From Lama glama (Eukaryota): 64,000 nt of DNA. Where the stretch lies: positions 4,342,001 to 4,406,000 of the forward strand of contig CM052817.1 in assembly GCA_028534125.1 (NCBI GenBank), read 5' to 3'. The notes beneath the pieces are model-generated. The model was not told the DNA's origin. It saw only the letters and a program-made list of their open reading frames with translations, and ran no database searches. Positions within the stretch are counted from its first letter, which is position 1. Each line of letters starts with the position of its first letter. The translations under genes were made by a program, and so were the position numbers. Below, piece by piece: positions 1-42,749 of this stretch.

Positions 1-730
1 GAGATGGCTGTGAGGTTGGGGGGGCTTTGGGGGCCTAGAAGCCCCTTGTCCCTAAGTTGTCTCTGATGGGAACAGACGCATCTGATAACAGTCCCAGGTA
101 CAGCTTCCAGGATCCCTGTTGCAAAAGCCACTGACTCGGGGAGCCCCAGGACCACGGCGTCCAACTGGGGGTCTGGTTTACATACAGACTCCCAAGGCCA
201 AGTGCAGTTTACGGATGGGGGGTCATTTGTACCCCGCGGTGCTGCTGAGTGGCAAAGCTGGCCTTTCCCCTCCATCCCGTTTCTGGGGAGCAGAGCTGGC
301 AAGTCCAACAAGGTTAAATTTGTCCTCAGGGAAGGGGGCGGGGCCCTCCTGGCAAAGCCTGGGCGTCAGCTCCTCCATCCACGTGCTGACTGTGAGGGGG
401 CGGGGACTGGGAATTGTGACCCTGCGTAACCACGAAGCTGTGGGGCCGAGGGAGGTGTCATGGCTTTTGTCGCCCGTGTGGGCTTTGTGATCGGCAGAGG
501 TGGCTTCCAGACCTGACTCTGGTGCTCATCAGTGAGCGGTCATTCCCCATCTCCCAGCCTGGGTTCCTCACCTGACAGGCCAAGTGACATCAGGCCACCT
601 TTCGGGGCTCAAAGGCCTTGAATCTGGGAGAAGTGATGTCTCGTCCCAGCAGCAGGTGGCAGTGCTGGTGGCCGTCGTGGAATAGCTCCTATGAGGGTCT
701 CTTTAACCCTTGGGTCCTGTCTCTTCCCAG

Positions 731-31065
<30,335 letters not shown>

Positions 31066-31334
31066 ACTGAGTAAGACCACTCACTCTCCAGGGCCATTTC
31101 ACAGACGCCATAAATATTTGAAGCAGAACTTTCAGAGAGCGTTTTAAAAAATTGGTAGCAATCAAAATCCTGATTCAGTGGCCAGCGGCTTTGCCTGTGG
31201 CGCGGGGATCTGTGTTGGTTGTCAGAGCTCTGGAGAAATACTGGGCTTGCAAATTCTTAGGAGCCTGGCTTTGCCAATGTCAAGGCAGCAAAGGGCATAT
31301 TTCCTGCACCAAAACCTATTGAACGACTGGCCCG

Positions 31335-31550
31335 GAGGTTCTCAACTGGGCGTGATACCCCACCCCTACCCCACCCCAGGGCAAAACCTGGCAAGATCCG
31401 GAGACATTTTTATTGTCACAACTGGGAAGCTGCTACTGGCATCTAGAGGCCAGGGAAGCTGCTAAACACTTTACAGTGTCCAGGACAGCCTCCTAGAACA
31501 AAGAGTCATCCGGTCCAAATGTCAGCAGTGCGGGGTGGGGAGGCCCTGGA
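31335..31550. mobile_element. MER20 hAT-Charlie MITE just downstream of the C4orf50 stop codon
   Basis: ggttctcaactgg...ggagacatttttattgtcacaactgg...gctactggcatctagaggccaggga...gctaaaca...caaatgtcagcagtgc. Confidence 0.8.
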
Positions 31551-34449
31551 CTGAGCTAATAGCTCCTAACTTTGTCAGCCACGGAGAACTGTTCCGTTAT
31601 TTTCTTGCCCCTGGGGTCACTCCAATTTGCGTCTACCGATGAAATGCTTGATTTAAATAATTATATATTGTACAGTTTTAAACATGAAAACGAATCCGAA
31701 CTTTCAGATAAGTTCATTCATTCAACAGACATTTATGGACGTTTCATATACACCAGGCAACATGATACTTATGGAGAACGAGGTGAGTCCACATCGGTCC
31801 CTGCCCGGGGGGCTCACGGGGCAACAGGAGAGACGAATGTGTAGACAGCTCACCACACAGCCGTGGTTAACTGTGCGTGACAAGGCAGACGAGGGAAGGG
31901 CCAGTTCTGCTTGACTTTGGGGAATGGGAGGTCATTCAGGAAGAAACGGCTAAGCAGAGTCCCTAGACCCAACCAGGTGTTCAGCACCCGGGTGAGGTGG
32001 GGAAGGGTGTTGTAGTCACAGGGAACGGCAAGTGCAGAGGCTCTGAGGCATGAAACTGAATTTAGGCCTTGCCCCCAGAGGGGGAGTGCAGAGAAGCCCT
32101 TTGCCAAGCAGAGTCACTGCTTCAGCCCCAATCGGAACAGGACTCTCCCCTGACGCAGGCGTGGGACCCAAATGTGGGAGAAGAACACCTCCATCCTCAG
32201 GGCCCAGGAAGAGAGTCAAAGGGCCTTGGGCTGCGTGCGCCCAGACCCTGTCCCCAGGCTCACCCATCAGAGACGTCACCTCCCTCCTCGGGAGGGGCTG
32301 GTGACGAGCTAGCGGGAAGGTCAGGGTTACCGTCCTGATTTCGTTCCCTCTTGGGAGCGGTTGTCGTGTAAGGGCGAGGAAGGACCAGAACAAGAAACCG
32401 AGGGCTCCCGGGGCAGTAGGCAAAGGATATTGATTTTATTTTACTGGATTTTAACTTTTTATGTTGCTATGGAAAGTGTGGAGAGTTCCCACACCCTCAC
32501 CCAGCTTCCCTCAGTGTGAACACCTTATCATGTACCGAATCGTAGTGCAATGATGAAATGAATGGATTTATTTTGAGAAAAACCGGGGAGCTGCCGAGCC
32601 GTCAGAACAGCACACCAGTGAGGGAGCATCCGCTCGCCAAGCGGCTACCGTCTTCTTTAGCCCGCAGCACGTGTGATGGGTCACCAAGTCAGCAATTCCT
32701 TTGGTTTCCCAATGGACCTGCCCATTCATTGTTCCGTAAGCATTTAGTTTAACCATCATGTGCTCGCCAGGTCCCGAGTAGGTGCTGGGAAATGGAACCA
32801 AAGTAGATGCCCACATTCGACCTCCGGGACCTCCTGGAAACCCTGCGGCCCCATCACCGCTGCCCAGGGAGGCCCCAGATTGGAAACTACTGTTGTCATC
32901 ACTTTTCCCAGTTCAACTTGTAACTGCCTATCATTCGGTGACCTGCGGAGCTGGTCGGTATGTTGGTTTGCTCTCTTCTCTATTGGTCTCTTCCCCCCTT
33001 CTATCTGGGAAGACGCCTGTAGCTTTGAGCATTAGGAAGACGCTAAAGACGTCTTTGGACTGGTGACGTTGGGTGAGCAGCAGCTGGCCGCGGGGCCGAG
33101 CCCGCCCCAGGCAGTCAAGGCCATTTCTGGTCTCCAGGCACTCCCGCCAGGTTCAGACATCTCGTCTTGTCACTTAAGTGCTCCCTCTGGCCTCTGCTGA
33201 CAGTATGGGCCTCAGCAGAGAGGTGACCCGCAAATCCATTTAAAGGAGCCACCGCGATCTGTGCAGTGTAACAGGATGATTCAATGATAAATTACGTTCT
33301 GCAGCCAGGAGCTACGTATTAACCCGAGCCGTGAATCTGCCTGCGGCTGGCACCTTGGATCTCTTCGAGCTGGGCTGTTGCTTTGTGCTGTGATTCCTTC
33401 TGGTGGAAATTTTGTGATGGTGGATGGTGGACTGGCATTGTCCTGATCTCAGCTGTGCACCGCAGCCCTAGGAAGGAGCCCCGTGTTCCCCTGCCGCCCC
33501 CTCGGTGGGCCTGATGCAGCCAGGGCTCGACCTATCAGATGTTCCCAGGCTGGGGACAGGACGTGCTCAGACAACCGAGTGGGATCTGGCAGGAACCTGG
33601 CCTGCAGGAGGGGGCTGTGGCCACCCCATGTGCCAGGAACGCCCTCGTGAGTGACCCGAGGCCTCTGGAGACCAGCCAGATGGGCCAGCCCGGCCGCTGC
33701 GGCAGAAAACAATTTGTCAGATGGGCTGTCAGCAAGCAGCAATGGTGGCCCTCTGGGAGGTGCCTGGCTGAGCTATGCAAAGCGGAGCCCTGGGCACAGC
33801 GAGGTAAATGCTGCGAGCCCGGTGGTTCAAGTGCTGAGCACAGTCTCTCCCTGTGCCTGATTCACTGCCAGGCTCTTCTGGGAGGCATCTTGCTAGTGTG
33901 ACAAAGCAGTCTGTCCAGCAGATATTTCCCTGAGCACCTGCCTAGGCAGGTGAGGGGCTGGGGGCTGGGTCTCAGGGATCTCACTCCAGGTCCCCATCCT
34001 CCAGGCTCCTGGGGGGATAGATATGCAGATGGACCAAGACTAAGGGGCAGGAGCAGGGTATGGAGGAGAATGCAGGGTCCAGGGGCACAGAGCAGTGGCT
34101 GACCAGCGAGGGAGGAGTCAGGGAGGGCTTCCTGGGGGAAGTGCCAGCCGAAGTGGGCCCAGGAGATGAGCAGGGCCCAGCCAGGGAGGGAGGCTTTGTA
34201 GGCAGGGGCAACCCATGGGAAAAGGCCCAGGGTAGGGCCGGGGTAAGAAACAGGGGTGGACACACATGTCTTTCCATAATCCCCCAGTGGAAGATGTTGC
34301 TGTTTTGAAATCCTACTGCGACTTTCTTGTTCCACTGAACCTGTGTTTTTAGTGGAGGGAAGACATTTTCCTGCTTCAAAATTCAGAAAGCACAGAGGTC
34401 CACGCAGTGCAGGTTTCCTTCCCCCCCCCCGTTTCCGGTTTCCCTCCCC

Positions 34450-35071
34450 CGAGACGAACGTGACCCCAGGTTTCTTAGGCTCCTCCCTGCCGGAAAGCCA
34501 ACGCAAAGAGAGGTGCGTGTTGGTAGAAAGGAGAGTTTGCTTTATTCCAGATGCCCACATCCGGAGGAGGGGGTGGGGAGCCGACTCCTGTCCACGGGCC
34601 AGCTCCCCCCTCTGCCCGTCAGTGGGCAAGAGCTCTTAAAGGGGAGTCTCGGGGGGGCACAGGCGGAGGGAGGGGCCACGTGCAGAACTGCGCAGTCGGC
34701 TCTGACGGTCGTCTTGAAGTGAGCCGTGCGGGGCTCTGATCAGCGTCATCTTGTTCATTTTAAGCTCAGCTCCAGGGTCGGTTTGTTCCCACTTCCTGGA
34801 AGCCAGTTCTAGGAATTGTGGCAGCGTCTGTCACGGCTGCAGTCTGGTCATCTTGTAGCTACTTTCTTCCACCTGGTGGGGGTTTCAGGCCCTACACGAC
34901 GGCTCAGAGGAGAAGGCTCAGGGCGTGACCTATAGCCCTTGACGGGGAGCTAAAGGTCCTCGACTTTGTTTAATGACTAAACTATTGTTTTGTTTTGCTT
35001 GACCGTTTTCCTTTGTTTCAGTATTTTCTTATTTCTCTAATTAAACTTATTCTTTGACTAAAGTTTTTCTA
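34450..35071 (-). mobile_element. ERV1 (MER41-like) LTR, truncated by assembly gap
   Basis: LTR-type text; tttatt at ~34541 is AATAAA on the minus strand; gctaaaggtcctcgactttgtttaatgactaaactatt resembles Laurasiatherian ERV1 LTRs. Confidence 0.65.
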
Positions 35072-35571
35072 NNNNNNNNNNNNNNNNNNNNNNNNNNNNN
35101 NNNNNNNNNNNNNNNNNNNNNNNNNNNNNNNNNNNNNNNNNNNNNNNNNNNNNNNNNNNNNNNNNNNNNNNNNNNNNNNNNNNNNNNNNNNNNNNNNNNN
35201 NNNNNNNNNNNNNNNNNNNNNNNNNNNNNNNNNNNNNNNNNNNNNNNNNNNNNNNNNNNNNNNNNNNNNNNNNNNNNNNNNNNNNNNNNNNNNNNNNNNN
35301 NNNNNNNNNNNNNNNNNNNNNNNNNNNNNNNNNNNNNNNNNNNNNNNNNNNNNNNNNNNNNNNNNNNNNNNNNNNNNNNNNNNNNNNNNNNNNNNNNNNN
35401 NNNNNNNNNNNNNNNNNNNNNNNNNNNNNNNNNNNNNNNNNNNNNNNNNNNNNNNNNNNNNNNNNNNNNNNNNNNNNNNNNNNNNNNNNNNNNNNNNNNN
35501 NNNNNNNNNNNNNNNNNNNNNNNNNNNNNNNNNNNNNNNNNNNNNNNNNNNNNNNNNNNNNNNNNNNNNNN
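35072..35571. other. Assembly gap (500 N)
   Basis: Run of N. Confidence 1.
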
Positions 35572-36999
35572 GATTCCAACCCCTTTGGGTCCAGGCTGAC
35601 CCCAAGCTCCTGGCCTGTCCTCAGACACCCTGCCCGATCTTAGCTCTGAGCAAACCAGATGCTACAATTGATTTTTCTGGCATTGATCGTCTCTGCTTTC
35701 CGGAGTGTGCAGGATAAAGGCCTTTTCAGTCCATTGGTAACCCACCCTCTACCCCCTATTATTTCAAATCAGCTGCCACCTCTCCCCACAGTTTCCTTAG
35801 GCAGCTGGACTGGGATTTCCCCTGAGAGCCCGCCCCTCCCCTGGTACCTGGCGGATGCCCAGCGCGCCATAAATATGCACGCAGTTGAGCTGATAGCCAC
35901 TCTTAAGAATAAACATCAGTAAATAGGAGGTTTGGGGGACTGAAACCAAGACATAAGAAGGACAAAGAAGGGAAATGGGGTCTTCAGTTTGGAGGAGACT
36001 TGGGGGGCATCCATCCCAAAGGAGGTGTGGGTGGGAGGGGGCCCCACATTGAACGGGGGACAGTCTAGGTCTGGGGTCAGGCCAGTCTGGGTCCCAGCTC
36101 CTGACTTAGAGTGAGGGTCCTTATTTCCCTTGGCCCCTCTGTAAGATGGGGGTGGTGCTTGCCTACATCTAGAAAGTGGCCTAAGGGACTAGCTCCAGAA
36201 TCTGCCACTTAACCAGCACACTCTCCTGCCCCTGTAAGACAATGCGATGCCATTGCAAGGTTGAATGGGAGATTCTATTAAATATCACTCCCCCCAGCCT
36301 GAGCTCAAATTGAAAAAACTCTGGCTGCATAAAGGATAAACGTCAACATTTGAAAGCGAACGTCTCCTCATGGTGGCATTCCATGTGTTTTTGTTTCTTT
36401 GTTTCTTGTATTTTTCCAACTTACTTGAATAAACATATATCCATTTTTAGAAGCAGAAAAAAACTGTTATTTGAAACGTTTCTCAGTAGTTGCTGTGCCA
36501 CGCTTGGTTAGGCACTGGGCATATTTTTAAGGATTTTATATTATCCTGGTTTTTCAGGCATTCTCTGGAAAGCTTCTAGCCTGACCCAGAAAAGAGACTC
36601 AGCAAACGTCTAGCCTAAGGAAAGTCTAGGTCTGGGGTCAGGCTAGTCTGGGTCAGGCCAATCCAGGTCCTGGAGGGAAGTTAAGAGGAGGTGGGGAGAA
36701 GGTATGGAGGAGAGGCTTCCAGGATGAGAGCAAAGTGATGTGAGCAGTGGCAAAGGAAGTAGAGACTGGGGACAGCACACCAGAGCCGCAGTCTGCGCTC
36801 TGCCACCTGCTGGTTGTGCAACCTTAGGCAAATTGCCTCAGTCTCCCCATGAGCAAGGATGGTTCTTAACTCATAGGGTTGCTGTAAGAATTATAAGAGC
36901 CTTAAACTTGGAAAATACTTAGAGCTTGGCACAAAGGAAGCACCCAGTTAATGTAAATCATCATCATCAGAACAATTTGACAGAAGGAAGCTTTATTGG

Positions 37000-37310
37000 T
37001 TAGATATTGGTGAGTGAAAAAACCACCCGCAAAGCTTACTGATTAAAACCACCACCATTTTATTTATTTACTTATATGGGTGAGGTTTTTGCTGGTTTCA
37101 CCTAGCCATTCATGTGACAGTACTCATCAGATGGTTCGACTGGGGCTGGGTAGTCTAAGACAGCCTCATGTCTGGTGGTTGGGACCAGCCATGAGTGGGC
37201 TGGTCTGTTCAGCGAGGGTGCTCAGCTCTGCCCCACGTGGCCTCTCATCCTCCAGGAGGCTAGCTCAGGACTCTGCACCTGGCAGTCTCAAAGCAGCAAT
37301 CCAAGAGAGA
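37000..37310. mobile_element. MLT1-family LTR fragment
   Basis: aaaccacccgcaaagcttactgattaaaac...tggcctctcatcctccaggaggctagctcagg. Confidence 0.6.
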
Positions 37311-39049
37311 GAGCAGGTGCTTCAACATCTTCTGAGGCCCTGCTACCTTGCCAGGCACATTGACTTCCATGCCATTATCCGCACAACAAAGTATGCTCCC
37401 TATTGCATGGAGGACTTCACTGTACTAGGAATATTCCAGCCAAGTCTGCAGATCCTTAAAAATGACAGACAGTGAGTTAGCCTGCAAAGTAGGGGCTGGG
37501 AGGAGGGCACTAAGGTTCTTTCTTTCAGAAAGAAATTCAGGAGTCAAAGGAAATGCATGGCAGCAAGCTGAATCATGGGTGAGAAGTAGGATTTCTGTTG
37601 TACAACAGGATGGCAAAATCATGTTGATTTTGCTGATGAGAAATATATTGGTATCAGCAGAGGCATGAGGTTCTCCTCAAGTGCTAAGGAAGAGAGAGGT
37701 GCATGATTTTTGAGGGGGCTTGAATCAACAGGGGGAATAGATGTCCTAGCCACAGTCTGCCTTGTGGGAGCTCTTGGTGGGGTCCCTTTGTGGTGTTTTG
37801 GCCATAGAACGCAGGATGGTGTGGGCACAGAACTTCTTCCACATGTTCATTGCTCCTGCCTCTGGACATCTGATGCCAGTGAGTTTGGGGTTAAAAAGTG
37901 TGATGCAGTCCTGGGTAGGATGGAGTTGCTAGCAGCAGACAACCACTCCTGCCAAGAACAATGAGAAAGGCTGTTTTATATAAAATATAAAAAGGACTCA
38001 CTGAAATCCTCAGGGAGCAGCTGAAGCAGCGAGGACCAGGGGAGTCAGGTTCTGGAGAGGGGAGATCCATGGGGAGCCAGCTGCTGCTTTTCTTTGTTGT
38101 TGTTTTGTTTTGTTTTGTAACCTGGGGGAAAGGCATTGAGTCCAGGCCTGGTCCACTGGATACTGCTGCTGGAGGCAGAGATACCCACTCATGGGGCCAG
38201 AGAGACAAAATTAGAGATGGAGGCCGGAGAGTCAAACACCTGGTTGATTTTCTCCTCCAGACATTTGCCAGATTCTAAAGCTGTGCAGGGTGGGGAGTAG
38301 ATGAACCAGTAAGAAAACCTTTTACAGTAGAGCAGAGTTTCCCATAGTCTGGACGCTGAAAAGAAATGACCCAGGCTGTACCAGGGAAAGCACCGAGTGA
38401 GCACACTGCTGGGCTGCTGTAGGTATTCGAGTTCATGGCCCCCTTGCAGCCACAGGGGAGCTTCCAGCAGGCAATGACTTTGTGTGTTTTAGGAAGACCA
38501 TTTTGGACCCTGTGTGGAGCAAGAACTGGAGGGGAGAGAGCAGTGGAGACAGGATGGTGTGAGAGCATGCTGCGTGGTTGTGGACAATGACTGAGGGGCT
38601 GCATGGTGATTGATTTGTTCTATTTCTTTCATAAATCAAAGAAGCAGATAAACATGAGCAGACAGAGGAAGGCACGCTATTTGATGAATGGGCCATCTGT
38701 CTAAGCAGCAAACTTGGGAAGATTAGGGTGAAGCCAAGGCAGAAAGAGGCGTCATTTGTCTTAAATTATAAAAACGAAAAGAAAACTGACATTATATTAT
38801 GAAAGGGATTTGACAGATTTTACAATGAGAGAGAAGAATTGGTCTTGATCCGTGTGATATTTAGCAGAATTGAAACTGAGGATGATCTCAATGAAGTTTT
38901 AAAAATAAGGCAGCTATCTGAGACTTGGGGATGAATCAGCTCAACTATCTCATTTGAGGAAACTGAGGCCCAGGGAGAAAAATGGCTTGTTTAGAAGATC
39001 TAGTAAACTGATTGCAACCCCCCCGCCAATATCTTTTTCACTTGTGGGG

Positions 39050-41200
39050 ACTTGTTCTATTTCCAAGATTATGATCACCTTTTTGCAAATGTTCCATGTG
39101 TGCTTGAAAATGATGTACTTAGTTATTGCTAGTGTTAGACTCTTATATATCATTATATCAAGGTTGTTAATTGTGTTCTTCAAATATGATTTGTCCTTAT
39201 TGTTGCTTTTGTATGCTTGATCTGTCAAAGTCTGAGGAAGAGGTATTCAATCATCCAACTGTGGTATAGATTAAGCAATTTCTCTTTCCAATTTTCTTAA
39301 ATTTTACTGTGTATTTTGAGGCTATATTAGTCAGTGCATATAAGTCTAGTATTTTTCTATCATGCTATCAATCTTTGTTTTACAATTAGGTAGTGACCCT
39401 CTTTATATTTAATAATGTTTTATGTTTTCAAGTCTGTTTTGTTTAATGTTAAATAGCTACATTGAGTTTCTTTGGTGATTAGCATTTACTTGGTACAACT
39501 TTTCCCATTTTTTAATGATCAATCTTTCTCTGTCCTTACATTTTATATATGTCTCTGGTAACAGCACATCGCTGTATTTTAGAAATCCAATAGGATGGGC
39601 CCTGTATTTTTAATGGAGAGTTTAGTCCATTTATAATTATTATAATAGCATGTACATTTGATTTCCATCATCTTGTTTTGTGCCTATTATTTACCCTACC
39701 TTTGCTATGATTCTTGTTTTCCTCTTTTCTTTCTTTCTGTAAAACTGATTAAGTTTTCTTTACTCCCTTTTTACCTCAAGTATACATTATATTTCTATTC
39801 TTTTAGTGACTACCTTTTAACATTTCACTGTGCATCCTTGGACTAACATCTCTACCTTCCTCCTGTACACAGGATCCTAGAAGGCTTCAATTATCACACA
39901 TCTTTTTGCATCTTTCATATTATTCAATAATATATTTCCACTCTACTTTTATACATCTCAAATTAGTCATTGTTATTTTATATCATCAATACTTGTTTAA
40001 ATTTACCAATTTCTTTACTTACCATTCCTTTTTATATTTTATTTTTTCCTTTTGGGTTCAGTTTAGTTCTCCCTGGAGCCTACTGATTACTAGCATTTTA
40101 TCAGCAAGGTATTTTAGTAGTTAACCTTCTCAGTCTCTGCCTGAAAATGTCTTTATTTTGTTTTCACTATTGAATGATCTTTTAGCTGGGTACAGAACTC
40201 TAGATCCTCAGTTATTCTTGGTAATGTGACAAGGTTATTCCATTGTCTTCTTGCTTCTATCAAGACAGTTGCTCTTGGTGTAACTGCCATTTATTTTTAG
40301 GTAATCTGTCTCTTTCTCTCTCTCTAGGTGCTTTTAGAATCTTCTCTTTGTCTTTGGGATTATAAAGTTCTGCTGTAAGACATATTTATTTTTATTTATC
40401 CTATTTGGACCTTTTGATTGTTTAATCTGAGGATTTATATTTTTCAGCATTTCTGGAAAAGTCTATCATTATATATTTGAATATTACCCTCCTTCCTTTT
40501 TCCTTTCTTTTCTTCTGCAACTCACATTAACATTGCTGGACTATCTCATTTTTTCTCAGCGGCTCATAGCCTCTCTTTCATGCTTTCCAACTCTCTCTCT
40601 CCAAATAATGTTCCAAATAATTTCCTCAGACGAATCTTCAAGTTTGTTATATTCTTCTGCAGCACGAAGACTGTATTCAGACTGTCAGGGTTCAAACTTA
40701 GACCGTGTGACCGTTCTGCACTTCAGGAAGCTATTACTGGCCCAGAAGCATCAGAAATATCACAGGCCTGTGGGCGTTAGGGATATTAGGAGTTTTATGA
40801 CCAGAGTTTCATTGGCTCAGCAAACCTTTTTCTGTTCATTTACTGACTGGAGGCTTGTGGGCCGTTTGGATGCTATGAGTTTAACTCCACATTCCCATGA
40901 GATGCAGGCCTATTCTCACATACTCTCAAGGGAGGCATTTTTTCCCACCTCAAGCTCAGACAAGCATTCTTGTGATCTCTTGTGCTAAAAACAGAATTTC
41001 CCCACCTGGTCTATTCTTTTGCTTAGGGACTAGTCTTCATTTGTATGGTGGTCTCCGTTCCAGGTCTGTGATTCTCTGTATGAGTGTTAAATTCGATTCC
41101 CCTAACTTACAGGGATCAGTGCAGCCTTCTCAGGGCATCATCTTTCATGCAGATTTCCCTTACTGGCTTGTGAGTTCAACCCTTCGTGCAGAAGATGCTT
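39050..41200 (-). mobile_element. Ancient L1M 5'-half remnant
   Basis: T-rich + strand; minus peptide LKNTINNLDIMIYKSL...YIIFKHTWNICK resembles the L1 endonuclease; ORF1-like tract at ~40100-40600. Confidence 0.7.
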
Positions 41201-42256
41201 ACAAAGTGCTTTATCCAACAACGTGAAGGTTATCCCGTCCGCCACTTTGGGGGAGGCTGAAGTCTTCCCTGGTCCTCTTCACAACCTCATACCTTGCATG
41301 GAGCCCAGATCAAGGCTGGATTCAGGACGTATCTCTTAAGTGGAGACTCGATGACTGGACACCTAAGAGCCCAGGCTTCCAGTTCAGAGCCTTGACCACC
41401 AGTTGGGACCATCTCCATCTGCTCAGGAGTCTGGTCCTAAACACAGGAGACCATGCCTGGAAGGAGGATATTAGGAATTTAATTGGAGGTTGTGATATTG
41501 CCTCCTGAGGTCAGTTAATGAATGTTTCTTGTTCAGCCTGATGCTCTCCATGTCCTGAGCCCGGCGGTAACTAAAGTAGCCACTGCCTTACAGGGTAGTG
41601 AATGCCTGGCCCATGGGGCAGTGCTTCTCAGAGGTCAAAGTGCACATGCTCACCTGGGGCAAATAGGGCAGTAGATCTGGGTCTGATTCTGTGTTTCCAG
41701 TGAGTTCCAGTGATCACAAACTCATCCTGTGGAAACACTGAAGGAAGAATCTAGTCAATGCTGGCAACTCCAAGATGAGTGAGCTCAGGCTCCGGGATTA
41801 ACCAAAGGGTTGACTCCAAATCCCATGGGGCACCTTCTCTGCGCCCACCCCCGCCCCCTTGGTGGTCTCTCATCTCTGTGAGCCTCAGCTTCCTCTTCTG
41901 CAAAACAGTTCCCTGATAAAGCTGCTGGGAGGGAAAAATAACGCCTTTCAATCACAGCAGTCATGAAACTAGAACTTTTTGCCTGCCAAGCACTGCTTTT
42001 GGCGCTCACGTGCATCAGCTGGGGAAAGGAGGCACAGCAGTCACCCGGGGGCACAGCTCTGATCCCCCAGCCAGAGAGTGGGGAGCTAGATTTGAACCCA
42101 GGTGATCCAGGTCCACATGCACGCTGTTAAGTCAACACTATGCTGCCTCCCAGGCTATGGGAGGATGCTTGCATGATCTCTGTGAATAATAATAATGTGA
42201 AAACACATTATTGGCCGCTACGTTACTATTGTAAATGTCATTACTGTTATTACTAC

Positions 42257-42749
42257 TGTTGCAGGAAAGTGTGTTATAGCTCAGTGTTACAGCTCAGTTG
42301 TGACAGCAACCTGGATCCCGGCGAGAGACCAAGCAGCAGTTGGAGAGTTGGAGAACTCAGGTGTATTACGCTAGCAGCCCCAAAGGAGTTAACGCGCCAA
42401 GCTCTGGACCCCGTCTTTAGGTTTACACAGGTTTTTATAGGCTACCAGTCTAGACTTTACAACATTTTGCAACATCATATGCAAATAAGGTATAACAAAG
42501 GTGACTAATTAGGAATAAGCTTTGTAGAAATGGACCAATCAGGAGTGAGAGAAATGGACCAATCAGGAGTTAGCTCAGGGAACCAATAAAATCTTAGGAG
42601 TGAGTTCCACTTTCTTAGAAGTAAGCTGTTTCAGAGTTTAAAAAGCCAGATAATGCCCCTGGGCCAGGGAACCGGATGGTGCCTGCAGGAGAGTAGTGGC
42701 CCTGCCTGGGGGTCCTGCCGGTCTTTTTCATGGGGCTTCCCAACTCACA
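42257..42749 (-). mobile_element. Lineage-specific ERV solo LTR
   Basis: TG...CA termini, near-TSD actac/actat, TATAAAAA on the minus strand (~42433-42440), duplicated 21-bp CCAAT-containing unit, octamer ATGCAAAT. Confidence 0.75.

Noticed and set aside
31980..31997. REST/RE1-like half site TTCAGCACC
   Set aside because: The right half (GGACAG) is missing.
35047..35628. ORFs of 173-193 aa spanning the N run
   Set aside because: Artefacts of translating the 500-N gap.
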